A stretch of DNA of 64,000 nucleotides, from IMG/VR virus record IMGVR_UViG_3300045988_128739, positions 1 through 64,000 of that record; one strand, given 5' to 3'. The notes under the pieces were generated by a model. It searched no databases and was not told the DNA's origin. It saw only the letters and a list, made by a program, of their open reading frames with translations. This stretch comes from a virus. Positions 1 through 8,826 of this stretch are shown one piece after another. A program made the position numbers and the translations under genes. The stretch's first letter is position 1. Every line of letters begins with the position of its first letter.

Positions 1-67
1 AATCATTATCCGGCTTCTGTTTTATATAGATGGTGCAAAGTTGTATATAATCACCAATTGAAATAAT

Positions 68-964
68 ATGGAAACTACAAACAAACTGTTTTATTCAGGT
101 ACAAAATTCTTTACAGAAAATGAAGAAGATTATAGAATAACAGTTAGAATCTCTTTGGATGATGACTGCAAAAATAACATATGCGACTGGAGCATAACAG
201 CCGACGTTGACTGGAAAAACAAGCATGGAAAATATGAGGATTACTTAGGAGGCTGCTGCCATGATGAAGTTGCAAAACATTTTCCGGAATTGGCAAAATT
301 CATATCGTTGCATCTTTGTAACCATTATGGTGCTCCTATGTATCCGGTGGAAAATGGCATATATCACGTTAGAAGAAGCGGTATGTCTGTGGCAATGGAG
401 TATTTGCGTATATCAGAACAAGAATGCGTAGAATTATATAAAGCCTCTGAGGATAAGTTGTATTTCAGGTATATGCTTTTCAATCTGGGGATCGTGGATA
501 GATGGAAAAGAGAATCAGAAGAACTTATTGCGGAACTTGAAAAATTGTGTGGTAAGAAGTGGGTTAATCCATATAAGCCGGAAGAAGAAAGATTTGTTTT
601 AACACTAACGGACGAGGAACGATCTCTTATTGAAGAGCGTATTAAAGCCGGGCATTATTCCTCAGAAAATATAGAGAAACGCAGAGTGGAAGCCCATAAA
701 GCAAAGATGGCGGCAAAACGTGCTGAAATTTGTGAGCGATACGATAAGAAAATCAGACAAGCAGAAGCAGAAAAGAAGATAATGCTCTGTGTGTTTGATT
801 ATGGGTTGTCTACCGATAATGTTATATATTATTCTCACACGAACACTTTGTCTTTCAACTGGAACGGTTATGGAGAAAAAATCACACAGGAAGAGTTTGA
901 TGATTTTGTGAATAAGGTAGACCGCTCTCAGTTGCCGGAAGGTATTAAGTTTGAGCTTAAATAA
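68..964 (+). CDS. hypothetical protein (298 aa)
   Basis: Long uninterrupted ORF with an ATG start. It contains a Cys/His-rich segment (CCHDEVAKHF...HLCNHYG) and no motif I recognise. Confidence 0.5.
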   Translation: METTNKLFYSGTKFFTENEEDYRITVRISLDDDCKNNICDWSITADVDWKNKHGKYEDYLGGCCHDEVAKHFPELAKFISLHLCNHYGAPMYPVENGIYHVRRSGMSVAMEYLRISEQECVELYKASEDKLYFRYMLFNLGIVDRWKRESEELIAELEKLCGKKWVNPYKPEEERFVLTLTDEERSLIEERIKAGHYSSENIEKRRVEAHKAKMAAKRAEICERYDKKIRQAEAEKKIMLCVFDYGLSTDNVIYYSHTNTLSFNWNGYGEKITQEEFDDFVNKVDRSQLPEGIKFELK

Positions 965-1265
965 AATACAGGATATGGAAAGATTGGATTTTGAAACATT
1001 GTTTCGTATTGTAAGATGGGATTACAACCGTTGTTTCAAGGATGAGTCGTTAGACAAGGATTTGTTTATGGGAAAATACGGGAAAGTTATGGGTGAACAT
1101 TATTATAACAAGTTTGTCCATGAATTTGACGGAAATATTCTGAAGATGGTTGGTTACTTCAGAGGTTCCGAAAAAGAGGGGCAAGTCTTCTGCGATATGA
1201 TAACCGAACGTATTGAAAAATACGAAAAGAGAATGTCATATGATAAAGGTAAGTTAAACAATTAA
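951..1265 (+). CDS. hypothetical protein (104 aa)
   Basis: ORF packed against its neighbour, overlapping the upstream gene by 14 nt. Confidence 0.4.
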   Translation: MSLNKIQDMERLDFETLFRIVRWDYNRCFKDESLDKDLFMGKYGKVMGEHYYNKFVHEFDGNILKMVGYFRGSEKEGQVFCDMITERIEKYEKRMSYDKGKLNN

Positions 1266-1277
1266 AAAGATATTTAT

Positions 1278-2339
1278 ATGAACAATTCAATGGTCGCTCA
1301 CTTGTGGGCTCATGAACAAGAAGAATCAGCATCAGGGAACAATTTCTTCTTTGAAGGTACAAGTATTTATTCTTATGGGCATCACTTTGAAGTCGGGAGA
1401 ATAGTAAAAAACAAACAAGGGAAGAAAGCATACCTGATAAATGAAGATTATTATTCTGTTACCACGAGCAAACATCAATGCTATGTTCGTAATGCGATAC
1501 CAACTTGGGCAATGGTTTTCAGTGTAGGGGATAATATATCGGATACTGGTAATATGAGGTTTGTTGCCAGCAAACTGGAATCAATTAAGAAGTCTATTGA
1601 AAAATACAAAAGAGCTAAAACAGAATTATCTTATACAGATATTTGGGGCGCTTTTGGGAATATGATGGATTACATTCAGTTCTTTAACATGGGAACTGCT
1701 AAGAGTATCCTTAAAAAGAGTGCTAATGATTGGCTTGGAACCAATCATGAATTATCCAAGAGCGGAGATAGTATCAAGCGTAAGCACGTACATGAATTAA
1801 AACGCATCTTTCAAATTTTATTGGATCATCAAGGATTAAAAGTGTTAGGGACCGTAAATGTGATTGTTGATGAAGTTTGCGGGGAAGGTACATGGATTAA
1901 GTATTCAGAAAGATCTGAAAGATGGAGAAAGGGTGAGGAAGAAAGAGAAAGAATAAAATTAGAGAGATTAAGAAAGGAAGAAGAAGCCCGTTACAAGGAT
2001 TTTGATGAAAAACTGGAAGAGTGGAAGTCAGGAGAAATCAATTTCTTGAATACACCTTTCTATATTCCTGGTGAAAAACCTAACGCCTGGATTCGTATAA
2101 AAGGAAATATTATTGAGACAAGTAAACAGATAAAGATTGGAATAGCAGAAGCCAGAAAACTGTGGCGGGCTGTGTCGGCAATGCACCGGGGCGCCGAGTT
2201 TCGGCACGGTCTGGTGGAGGACGTCACCGGTCACCAGTGGAGTCTAAATCGGTACGAAAACGATTTGCTAACCGCTGGATGTCATAGGATAGCATATAAC
2301 GAAATGGAGAGAATAGCAAAACAACTGGGATGGGTGTAA
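1278..2339 (+). CDS. hypothetical protein with charged coiled-coil segment (353 aa)
   Basis: ORF with an ERSERWRKGEEERERIKLERLRKEEEARYKDFDEK stretch. Its C-terminal part is encoded by a GC-rich island (2152..2240). Confidence 0.5.
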   Translation: MNNSMVAHLWAHEQEESASGNNFFFEGTSIYSYGHHFEVGRIVKNKQGKKAYLINEDYYSVTTSKHQCYVRNAIPTWAMVFSVGDNISDTGNMRFVASKLESIKKSIEKYKRAKTELSYTDIWGAFGNMMDYIQFFNMGTAKSILKKSANDWLGTNHELSKSGDSIKRKHVHELKRIFQILLDHQGLKVLGTVNVIVDEVCGEGTWIKYSERSERWRKGEEERERIKLERLRKEEEARYKDFDEKLEEWKSGEINFLNTPFYIPGEKPNAWIRIKGNIIETSKQIKIGIAEARKLWRAVSAMHRGAEFRHGLVEDVTGHQWSLNRYENDLLTAGCHRIAYNEMERIAKQLGWV

Positions 2340-2385
2340 GTAGTCCATCTTGTTTTATTGATTACATAATTAAAAATAAAAAGAT

Positions 2386-3114
2386 ATGGAAAATCCAATT
2401 ATTGTTCCGTTTGATTTAGAAACGGCGAAAAAAATAAACATAGGGGAAATAGCAGGTCGTATTGTGACAGAGAAAGGACAAAATAGAGCAGAAATCGTAT
2501 ATGAAGACAATTCGTCAAATTGTCCGTTATTGGTTGTAATTCATTCGATTTCTGTATCGGCAGACTGGTTTTCTGCTACAGGAAAAGCACTTAGCAGCGA
2601 AAATCGCCTCCTTCTTGAAGTTCCAGAATATATTACATTTAAAGATGGAGAGGTGTTAAGTAATAAAGATGGTAGCTATATCTTTATTTTAAATACACAT
2701 GGGAAATATTTAACGTCTTTTTATGCCTCTTTAAATCAAAAAGGTATTCTTAAAATAGAAGATGGTTTATCTGCTTGGGAAAATCAGATAGAAAAATACA
2801 GATTTGCCACTAAGTCCGAAAGACAAAAGTTGGTTGACGCATTAAAGGCAAGCAAAGAACCTGAAGCTAAAGAGTATCTGAAACGCTTCTTCGGGATTGA
2901 AGAAAAACCGAAATATGAGTTTAAGCCGTTTGATAAAGTGCTGGTAAGAAAAGAAGGAAATAAAAAATGGAATATCAGTTTGTTTGCAAGGGAAATTGTG
3001 GACGATTATAATGGATTGCCTTATAAGTACGAATGTTCCAATGGAACATTATGGGATTATTGTATTCATTTTGAGGGTAACGAACATCTTTTAGGAACTA
3101 ATAAAAATGGATAA
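2386..3114 (+). CDS. hypothetical protein (242 aa)
   Basis: ORF in the same orientation and tightly packed with its neighbours. Confidence 0.5.
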   Translation: MENPIIVPFDLETAKKINIGEIAGRIVTEKGQNRAEIVYEDNSSNCPLLVVIHSISVSADWFSATGKALSSENRLLLEVPEYITFKDGEVLSNKDGSYIFILNTHGKYLTSFYASLNQKGILKIEDGLSAWENQIEKYRFATKSERQKLVDALKASKEPEAKEYLKRFFGIEEKPKYEFKPFDKVLVRKEGNKKWNISLFAREIVDDYNGLPYKYECSNGTLWDYCIHFEGNEHLLGTNKNG

Positions 3115-3119
3115 CAAAT

Positions 3120-3395
3120 ATGAAAACAATAACATACGAAGGGGTGCAGCATGGAGACTGGGTGAGATGTGTCTTATGTGGGGCGCAAATGCTTCTTCCA
3201 TGTGGGGCAGATAAATGCCCGGAATGTGGAGAAAATGGCACTTTAAGATGGGTCGACGAAGAGAGGCAGGAAATAGACGCTAAGGGTCTGGATTGCTTAG
3301 GTTATGTAAGAGAGTTGAGGGTAGATGATTATTTATCTCCAACAACATTAGAAGAGATCGCGGAAGAAATAAAGAAAAAAGTAAATAGAGGATAA
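3120..3395 (+). CDS. zinc-ribbon protein (91 aa)
   Basis: CxxC...CxxC pattern: CVLCGAQMLLPCGADKCPECG. Confidence 0.45.
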   Translation: MKTITYEGVQHGDWVRCVLCGAQMLLPCGADKCPECGENGTLRWVDEERQEIDAKGLDCLGYVRELRVDDYLSPTTLEEIAEEIKKKVNRG

Positions 3396-3520
3396 CTCTA
3401 ATGAGAAAATTATTAAAAGTAAAATTTATTCAAAAATGTGCATGCGGGGCGGTCACTATCAGATTTGATAATGACCGCTGAATTAAGTAACATAGCTAAG
3501 AATTGTAAAATATAGAAAAT

Positions 3521-3775
3521 ATGTATGAGAATATTTTAAGCAACATGTTAGGATGTCAGACATATTGTATATCAGACAGTCCCTCGAATAGATACTGTCT
3601 TATTGGACCTATTGAGTGCAATGAGAAGTTAATAGAAGTGTTTGAGAAGGGGATAACAGTAAAACTCAAATACGTGGAAAAACGGGTCCTGGATGCATTT
3701 ACGGACAACGGAATCGACCTGAGTAATTACACTCATTGTATTATTGTGAAGCGGAATTTTTATCTCGCTTGGTAA
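3521..3775 (+). CDS. hypothetical protein (84 aa)
   Basis: ORF with a Cys-containing N-terminus. Confidence 0.35.
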   Translation: MYENILSNMLGCQTYCISDSPSNRYCLIGPIECNEKLIEVFEKGITVKLKYVEKRVLDAFTDNGIDLSNYTHCIIVKRNFYLAW

Positions 3776-3793
3776 CGGCAAAACATAAACAAT

Positions 3794-4456
3794 ATGAATA
3801 ATTTTGTAATAGATACTCCAGATAATTTCTGGCAAATAAGATGGCTTGACAAGTATATGGAAGGCCACAAAGGATTCATAGCTGGTGGATGTTTTAAAAA
3901 TATCCTTTCCGGAGAAAGAGTAAAAGACATTGATATTTTCTTTGAAAGTGAAAGCGATTTTCAGGAGGCTATTGATTCGTTCAATGATGAAAAACATCAG
4001 AAAGAAGGATGGAAATTTAAGTACAGAAATGAGAAGGTATGTGCGTTCCAGAAAGAGGGAGAAAAGGTATGGATAGAGTTCATAGAGTCAGAGTTTGGAA
4101 AGCCGAAAGAGATTCTTAGGAGCTTCGATTTTACTGTGACAAAAATGGCTTACTATAAGGAGCCCAAATACGAAGAAAAAGAAGATGATTATTTTCCATT
4201 CTCATCTGCAAGTATAGTAGCATACGAGTACAAACCACTCTATCATGAGAAATTCTTCGAACATCTTCATATGAAGAGGCTGGTCATTGACGAAAATATT
4301 CCTTTTCCAGTAAGTACATGGGAGCGCTCATATCGGTATAAAGGATATGGTTACAATATGTGCCGGGAGACAAAGAAAAAACTTCTACAGGCTATTAAAG
4401 GTGTAAACGTAGAGGAGGAAGATGTATCTTTGTACACTACTGGAGGATGGGATTAA
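3794..4456 (+). CDS. class-II nucleotidyltransferase head-domain protein (CCA-adding enzyme / poly(A) polymerase family-like), 220 aa
   Basis: IAGGCFKNILSGERVKDIDIFFE matches the GGxVRDxLLGxxxxDxDh signature. LRSFDFTVTKMAY matches the RRDFTINA motif of tRNA nucleotidyltransferase/PcnB head domains. The protein is too short to include the HD/tail domains. Confidence 0.55.
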   Translation: MNNFVIDTPDNFWQIRWLDKYMEGHKGFIAGGCFKNILSGERVKDIDIFFESESDFQEAIDSFNDEKHQKEGWKFKYRNEKVCAFQKEGEKVWIEFIESEFGKPKEILRSFDFTVTKMAYYKEPKYEEKEDDYFPFSSASIVAYEYKPLYHEKFFEHLHMKRLVIDENIPFPVSTWERSYRYKGYGYNMCRETKKKLLQAIKGVNVEEEDVSLYTTGGWD

Positions 4457-4914
4457 CCTATAAAACAAAATTGCTTATGAAAACATTAGAACAACTTAAA
4501 GGATTAGCATCAAAATGTTTAGACGGTAGAGATTTTAACAGACTGGCTAAATTTATCCCATATAACATGATAAAGGATTTCGGTATGGAGCCGAACGAAG
4601 AATACAATAACGAAGAAAGGTGGAACAGTACTGTAGTTGAATTTACCAGGGAGAATGTTTTGAAACAGCTTGAAGAAGATGTAAGATTCGGTTTTGAAAA
4701 GGCATTAAATCAGAGAGGGATATCAGCCAGTTTAATGTTTGAATGTGTGATGATGTGGAACTACATCCTGGAAGAAGGTCTTGAAGACTGGGATGAGGAT
4801 GATTATGGATTTTACGGGCTACCTCTATTTAAAGCTACGGCTGTAAAATACGGATGGGATAATCCTATAGGGGAAGACAGCGGGAGAGAAAGAAAATATG
4901 ATTCACAGTATTAA
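4447..4914 (+). CDS. hypothetical acidic protein (155 aa)
   Basis: ORF overlapping the upstream stop codon. Confidence 0.4.
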   Translation: MGLTYKTKLLMKTLEQLKGLASKCLDGRDFNRLAKFIPYNMIKDFGMEPNEEYNNEERWNSTVVEFTRENVLKQLEEDVRFGFEKALNQRGISASLMFECVMMWNYILEEGLEDWDEDDYGFYGLPLFKATAVKYGWDNPIGEDSGRERKYDSQY

Positions 4915-4925
4915 ATAGGCATATC

Positions 4926-5780
4926 ATGAGCACAAGTAAAGAATACAAGGCAGTAAGGAACTACATACTAAATGAACTTCATCTTACCAAAGAAGATATA
5001 ATCAAAAACATAGAACCGTTATTGGAGAAACACGTAAAACGGTACATGGTTAATACATATGGAGGTGACAATCAGATAGAAAACTGGATCAGATGCATGG
5101 TGAATGATGAACTCAAACAAAGAGATCATGATTTTGTAAGAAGAGCGTGCGAGAATGTCATCAGGAATCATGTATTAAATGAATTGAATATAATCGTAAG
5201 ATCCAAAAGTGAGAAATGTACATGTGAAAACAGAGTACCATCCGAAGAGGATAAGAAAGAGTCAACTGATGGACTGTATATAATCTACAAAGACGGACAT
5301 GCAGAGCCGTTTACCGGCCATAACTCAAAAGATTGTGTACGATACATCGGGTTGAAGCACAGATACATGTCATTTGCAATCTCACTGACAGAGCATGATA
5401 TCGTACAATTGCTTGACGATGATAGCCGTGAAGAATCCGGAAGTGGGACATATTATGAACGTGAATGTGATGCGCTGTTTGACATTGACGGACGCGGCAA
5501 TACGGAACGCCTTGTAACCAGAAATCCAAAATTGAGAAATCTGCTGGAAGATGGCGAGTATATACCATCTCTTGGTCAATTAAATTTAATGGCCCATTAT
5601 ATGAACGAACTAAACAAAGCATTCGCTTATGTTTCGGCATCTCCCCTCTCCTCGACGTGGTATTGGTCCAGTACTGAGAGCAGCCAGGCCGTCGCGTGGT
5701 ACGTGGTCTTCTCCAGTGGCCTCACGGGCACCGGCAACAAGCACATCGGAGACATGGTTCGGGCGGTAATTGATTTTTAA
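4926..5780 (+). CDS. hypothetical protein (284 aa)
   Basis: ORF whose C-terminal 45 aa are encoded by a conspicuous GC-rich island (5636..5770). Confidence 0.45.
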   Translation: MSTSKEYKAVRNYILNELHLTKEDIIKNIEPLLEKHVKRYMVNTYGGDNQIENWIRCMVNDELKQRDHDFVRRACENVIRNHVLNELNIIVRSKSEKCTCENRVPSEEDKKESTDGLYIIYKDGHAEPFTGHNSKDCVRYIGLKHRYMSFAISLTEHDIVQLLDDDSREESGSGTYYERECDALFDIDGRGNTERLVTRNPKLRNLLEDGEYIPSLGQLNLMAHYMNELNKAFAYVSASPLSSTWYWSSTESSQAVAWYVVFSSGLTGTGNKHIGDMVRAVIDF

Positions 5781-5791
5781 AAAGGATTACA

Positions 5792-6589
5792 ATGATAACA
5801 TCGGTAAAAATAAAAGACAATACAAAAACTCCATTTGAATATGCTTCGGACATAGAAGCGTTTGAAAATAGTAGAGAATTTATTTTCAAGCCAGGAGTGA
5901 ATGTAATTATAGGTAAAAACGGTAGTGGAAAATCAACTTTGCTTAACATCATATCAATGTATGCGTTATGCGAGAAGTCCATGTGCTCTGAAATGCCGGC
6001 TGAGGCGCTGGATTTTCCACCTATATTTGATGATGATGACAAGGTTCTTGATGGGATTGACATATCATCTGATTATGCAGGGAAAGTATTCCGTTTATTG
6101 CCATCGGCGGAGATGAATCGAGATAGCGTATTGAAAAACATCAGCAATTTCGATTTGTATGTGAATAATATTCGAAGATCTTATGGAGAGAAAGTGGTGT
6201 TATCATTGGAATCACTCTTCAATTTAATGTTCGGTCAAAAGGATTATACATTTCCAATACAAGATCTTGTAGAATACAAGAAAAAATCAAATGCGTTTTG
6301 GATTAAAAGAATTGATAACCTGTTGAAGTATTATGAAAGAAACCGCATAACATTAACAGAAAGCAGTTTTGAATACACGGTTCTCATGGATGAGCCAGAT
6401 AGGAATCTTGACATTGACAACGTAATGCAAATTTATAATGTATTGTCATTCCATAAACCACAAACGCAAATTATAGCCATAGTACACAATCCGGCATTGA
6501 TTTACAAGTTAAGCAAATTAGATTGTGTGAATTTCATAGAGATGACAGAAGGATATCTAAACAAAATTAGCATATTTGCATCTAATTAA
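5792..6589 (+). CDS. minimal ABC/AAA_21-type P-loop ATPase (265 aa)
   Basis: Walker A VIIGKNGSGKSTLLN, Walker B/D-loop TVLMDEPDRNLD, and an H-loop-like AIVHN. No fused nuclease domain. Confidence 0.55.
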   Translation: MITSVKIKDNTKTPFEYASDIEAFENSREFIFKPGVNVIIGKNGSGKSTLLNIISMYALCEKSMCSEMPAEALDFPPIFDDDDKVLDGIDISSDYAGKVFRLLPSAEMNRDSVLKNISNFDLYVNNIRRSYGEKVVLSLESLFNLMFGQKDYTFPIQDLVEYKKKSNAFWIKRIDNLLKYYERNRITLTESSFEYTVLMDEPDRNLDIDNVMQIYNVLSFHKPQTQIIAIVHNPALIYKLSKLDCVNFIEMTEGYLNKISIFASN

Positions 6590-6629
6590 TTGAAGTAATT
6601 ATATACCATTTTTTTATAAACTTATCACA

Positions 6630-7013
6630 ATGAGCTATTTTATATTAATGGGAAGAAGAGTCCCCAAGCAAGCCATAACAGGCTTCAAATTTCAAAATGA
6701 AACAGATAACATTCGTCCTTTCTTGTCAATCAGGATAAGGGGAAAGGACGAAATTATACCTTTCAAAGATAAAAAGGAGATACAGTCCGTAAAAGCGCAT
6801 CTGTGTTCTATCTTCTCCGGATTTGTAAAAATAGGCGACTGGTATCTCAAGATGTCGGAAGTTAAGGAATATAAGCCGGTGACCGCCGAAGACATGAACC
6901 CCTACATCTTGTTTAAGACATCTAAGTTCGGAAACATAAAAGTTCGTTTCCCGAAAGATGAAGATATGGATGCCGAATTATTGGTGTTAGATCAGCTTTT
7001 TGATGTAGAATAA
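6630..7013 (+). CDS. hypothetical protein (127 aa)
   Basis: ORF. Confidence 0.4.
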   Translation: MSYFILMGRRVPKQAITGFKFQNETDNIRPFLSIRIRGKDEIIPFKDKKEIQSVKAHLCSIFSGFVKIGDWYLKMSEVKEYKPVTAEDMNPYILFKTSKFGNIKVRFPKDEDMDAELLVLDQLFDVE

Positions 7014-7028
7014 ACTATTAATCATCTT

Positions 7029-7289
7029 TTGAAAATCATGACTTGGAAAGAATTGAAAGACAAAATATCTCTTATGACAGAAGAAGAGCAACGACAAGAA
7101 GTTGCAGTATGGGGAGAAAATATGAATCTAATGAAAGATTGTTCCTTGGAGAAAACAGACGAGGATATGTACTACAACTCTGAATGGGATTATACTTGTG
7201 AAGAGAGTGAATTGGAACCGGAAGACAAGAATGACCCTGATGTACATAAGGTATATGAAGCAGGAATGTATTATATTTATTCGAATTGA
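7029..7289 (+). CDS. hypothetical acidic protein (86 aa)
   Basis: ORF. Confidence 0.35.
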   Translation: MKIMTWKELKDKISLMTEEEQRQEVAVWGENMNLMKDCSLEKTDEDMYYNSEWDYTCEESELEPEDKNDPDVHKVYEAGMYYIYSN

Positions 7290-7307
7290 TTTTAAAAAGA
7301 TCTGATT

Positions 7308-8054
7308 ATGGCAGCATTAACAACACTAAATATAACGGAAAAGAACGCTAATAACAGTTTGTCTGTAACTGTTAAAGTGAATGTCACCAAAGAAGGAGTG
7401 TTTACCACTACCTTGTCAAAAGAAGATGTGGACAAGATTCATTCTTATGGGATCAAATTACCTACAAACAGATTAGGCAACGAAGGATATTTCAATAGTA
7501 TAGCACTTTCTGATTTGGAAAGTCAAATCAGGGAAGTTCTGAAGAGATGTTTGAGTTATAAAATAGTAGAAGAAGTGCCTGTTATTAAGTATCAACTGGA
7601 AACGAATTGCGCGTTTTCATATGACAAAAACGGAAATATTGTCCCTAACCCCTCTAAGGAATGGACAGGAGGCGATGAAAATGGAGAATGGAGGGATGGA
7701 ACTTCCCGTTTAGATGCCTTAAACGCCCAACCTTTCGGTTTTAGTGTTTATGCAAAACCATTTCTAAAAAGAGTAATTGAATATGGAAATGGAGAGACAA
7801 AAGTAGAATACAGCAGGTTAAATACAGAAAAAGGAACCTATGCGCACTGGCTGAATTGTGTAACGAGCATATCATACAATAGATATAAACAGGTAATGGA
7901 AGTGGAGTGTAACGAATGTACCTCGAAATTATTCGTTGATATGATCAAGTCCATTTGTAATATAAGCGAACAAGTTAAGAGTTTTATCAATCCAGAACAA
8001 ATAAAAGCAATTGCGGGGTCAAATGAACCGATTTTGCTTTTATCTAACAACTAA
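7308..8054 (+). CDS. hypothetical protein (248 aa)
   Basis: ORF. Confidence 0.45.
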   Translation: MAALTTLNITEKNANNSLSVTVKVNVTKEGVFTTTLSKEDVDKIHSYGIKLPTNRLGNEGYFNSIALSDLESQIREVLKRCLSYKIVEEVPVIKYQLETNCAFSYDKNGNIVPNPSKEWTGGDENGEWRDGTSRLDALNAQPFGFSVYAKPFLKRVIEYGNGETKVEYSRLNTEKGTYAHWLNCVTSISYNRYKQVMEVECNECTSKLFVDMIKSICNISEQVKSFINPEQIKAIAGSNEPILLLSNN

Positions 8055-8060
8055 AAAATC

Positions 8061-8201
8061 ATGAGGTGTGTATGTGTTTTTATCTGCTTTCTGTTATGGC
8101 TTATTTTTACGTTGTTATTATCATTCACTGTCATAGGATTGGTTATAAGCGTGAGTGATGAATGGCAGGAAATGGGTGACAAAATAATAGATAAACTTTA
8201 A
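8061..8201 (+). CDS. small membrane protein (46 aa), not in ORF track
   Basis: ATG at 8061. The product MRCVCVFICFLLWLIFTLLLSFTVIGLVISVSDEWQEMGDKIIDKL is strongly hydrophobic and fills an otherwise empty 153-bp gap. Confidence 0.3.
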   Translation: MRCVCVFICFLLWLIFTLLLSFTVIGLVISVSDEWQEMGDKIIDKL

Positions 8202-8207
8202 AAATAA

Positions 8208-8492
8208 TTGAGTATGAGTAAATATACAGCAAAACAAATTGCCGAGTCCGATGATCTGTTTGATAAGCAAATACATAAAGTCAGAAAATTTTATTTGAGT
8301 CGTAATCCTGATAAAATGATGATGCTCGAAGAAAGAAAAGCTGTTATCAAAGAACGAAATAAAGGTCTTTCCCCAGAATATGATAAGGAATATTATTGCG
8401 GAACCTGCGGAGCTAAAGACGGTGCGGAGCATCCTAAAACCGGATATTGCTTTCACTGTGATACGGATAACTGGATTTCAAAAAATAACTAA
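8208..8492 (+). CDS. zinc-finger protein (94 aa)
   Basis: YYCGTCG...CFHC pattern of four Cys. Confidence 0.4.
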   Translation: MSMSKYTAKQIAESDDLFDKQIHKVRKFYLSRNPDKMMMLEERKAVIKERNKGLSPEYDKEYYCGTCGAKDGAEHPKTGYCFHCDTDNWISKNN

Positions 8493-8512
8493 CAGCTAAA
8501 AAGAAATGAGTC

Positions 8513-8809
8513 ATGAGCGGACAAAATAAGCAATGTCCTGAATTTCCATTTTTTGGTGCATCTTATCCAGATGCTCGTTGTATCAATGGATATCTATGGG
8601 ATTTGGATAAATGTGACGAAAACGGGAATTTATATGGGGAAGGAGATATTCCTTGCCCATTCTGCAATACCGAGAAATTTATTGAGTATGATCCGTTTTC
8701 AAAAGAAGATGAATTTTATGAAGGTATTGAGAATGAAGAAAAAGCTAAAGAAAAATCCCGCGAATGGTATTTGAATTGGATTAACTATATGCGAGAACAA
8801 ATTAAATGA
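8513..8809 (+). CDS. Cys-rich hypothetical protein (98 aa)
   Basis: ORF with CPEF...CING...CDENG...CPFC. Confidence 0.4.
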   Translation: MSGQNKQCPEFPFFGASYPDARCINGYLWDLDKCDENGNLYGEGDIPCPFCNTEKFIEYDPFSKEDEFYEGIENEEKAKEKSREWYLNWINYMREQIK

Positions 8810-8826
8810 TTAAGTATAATTGAATT

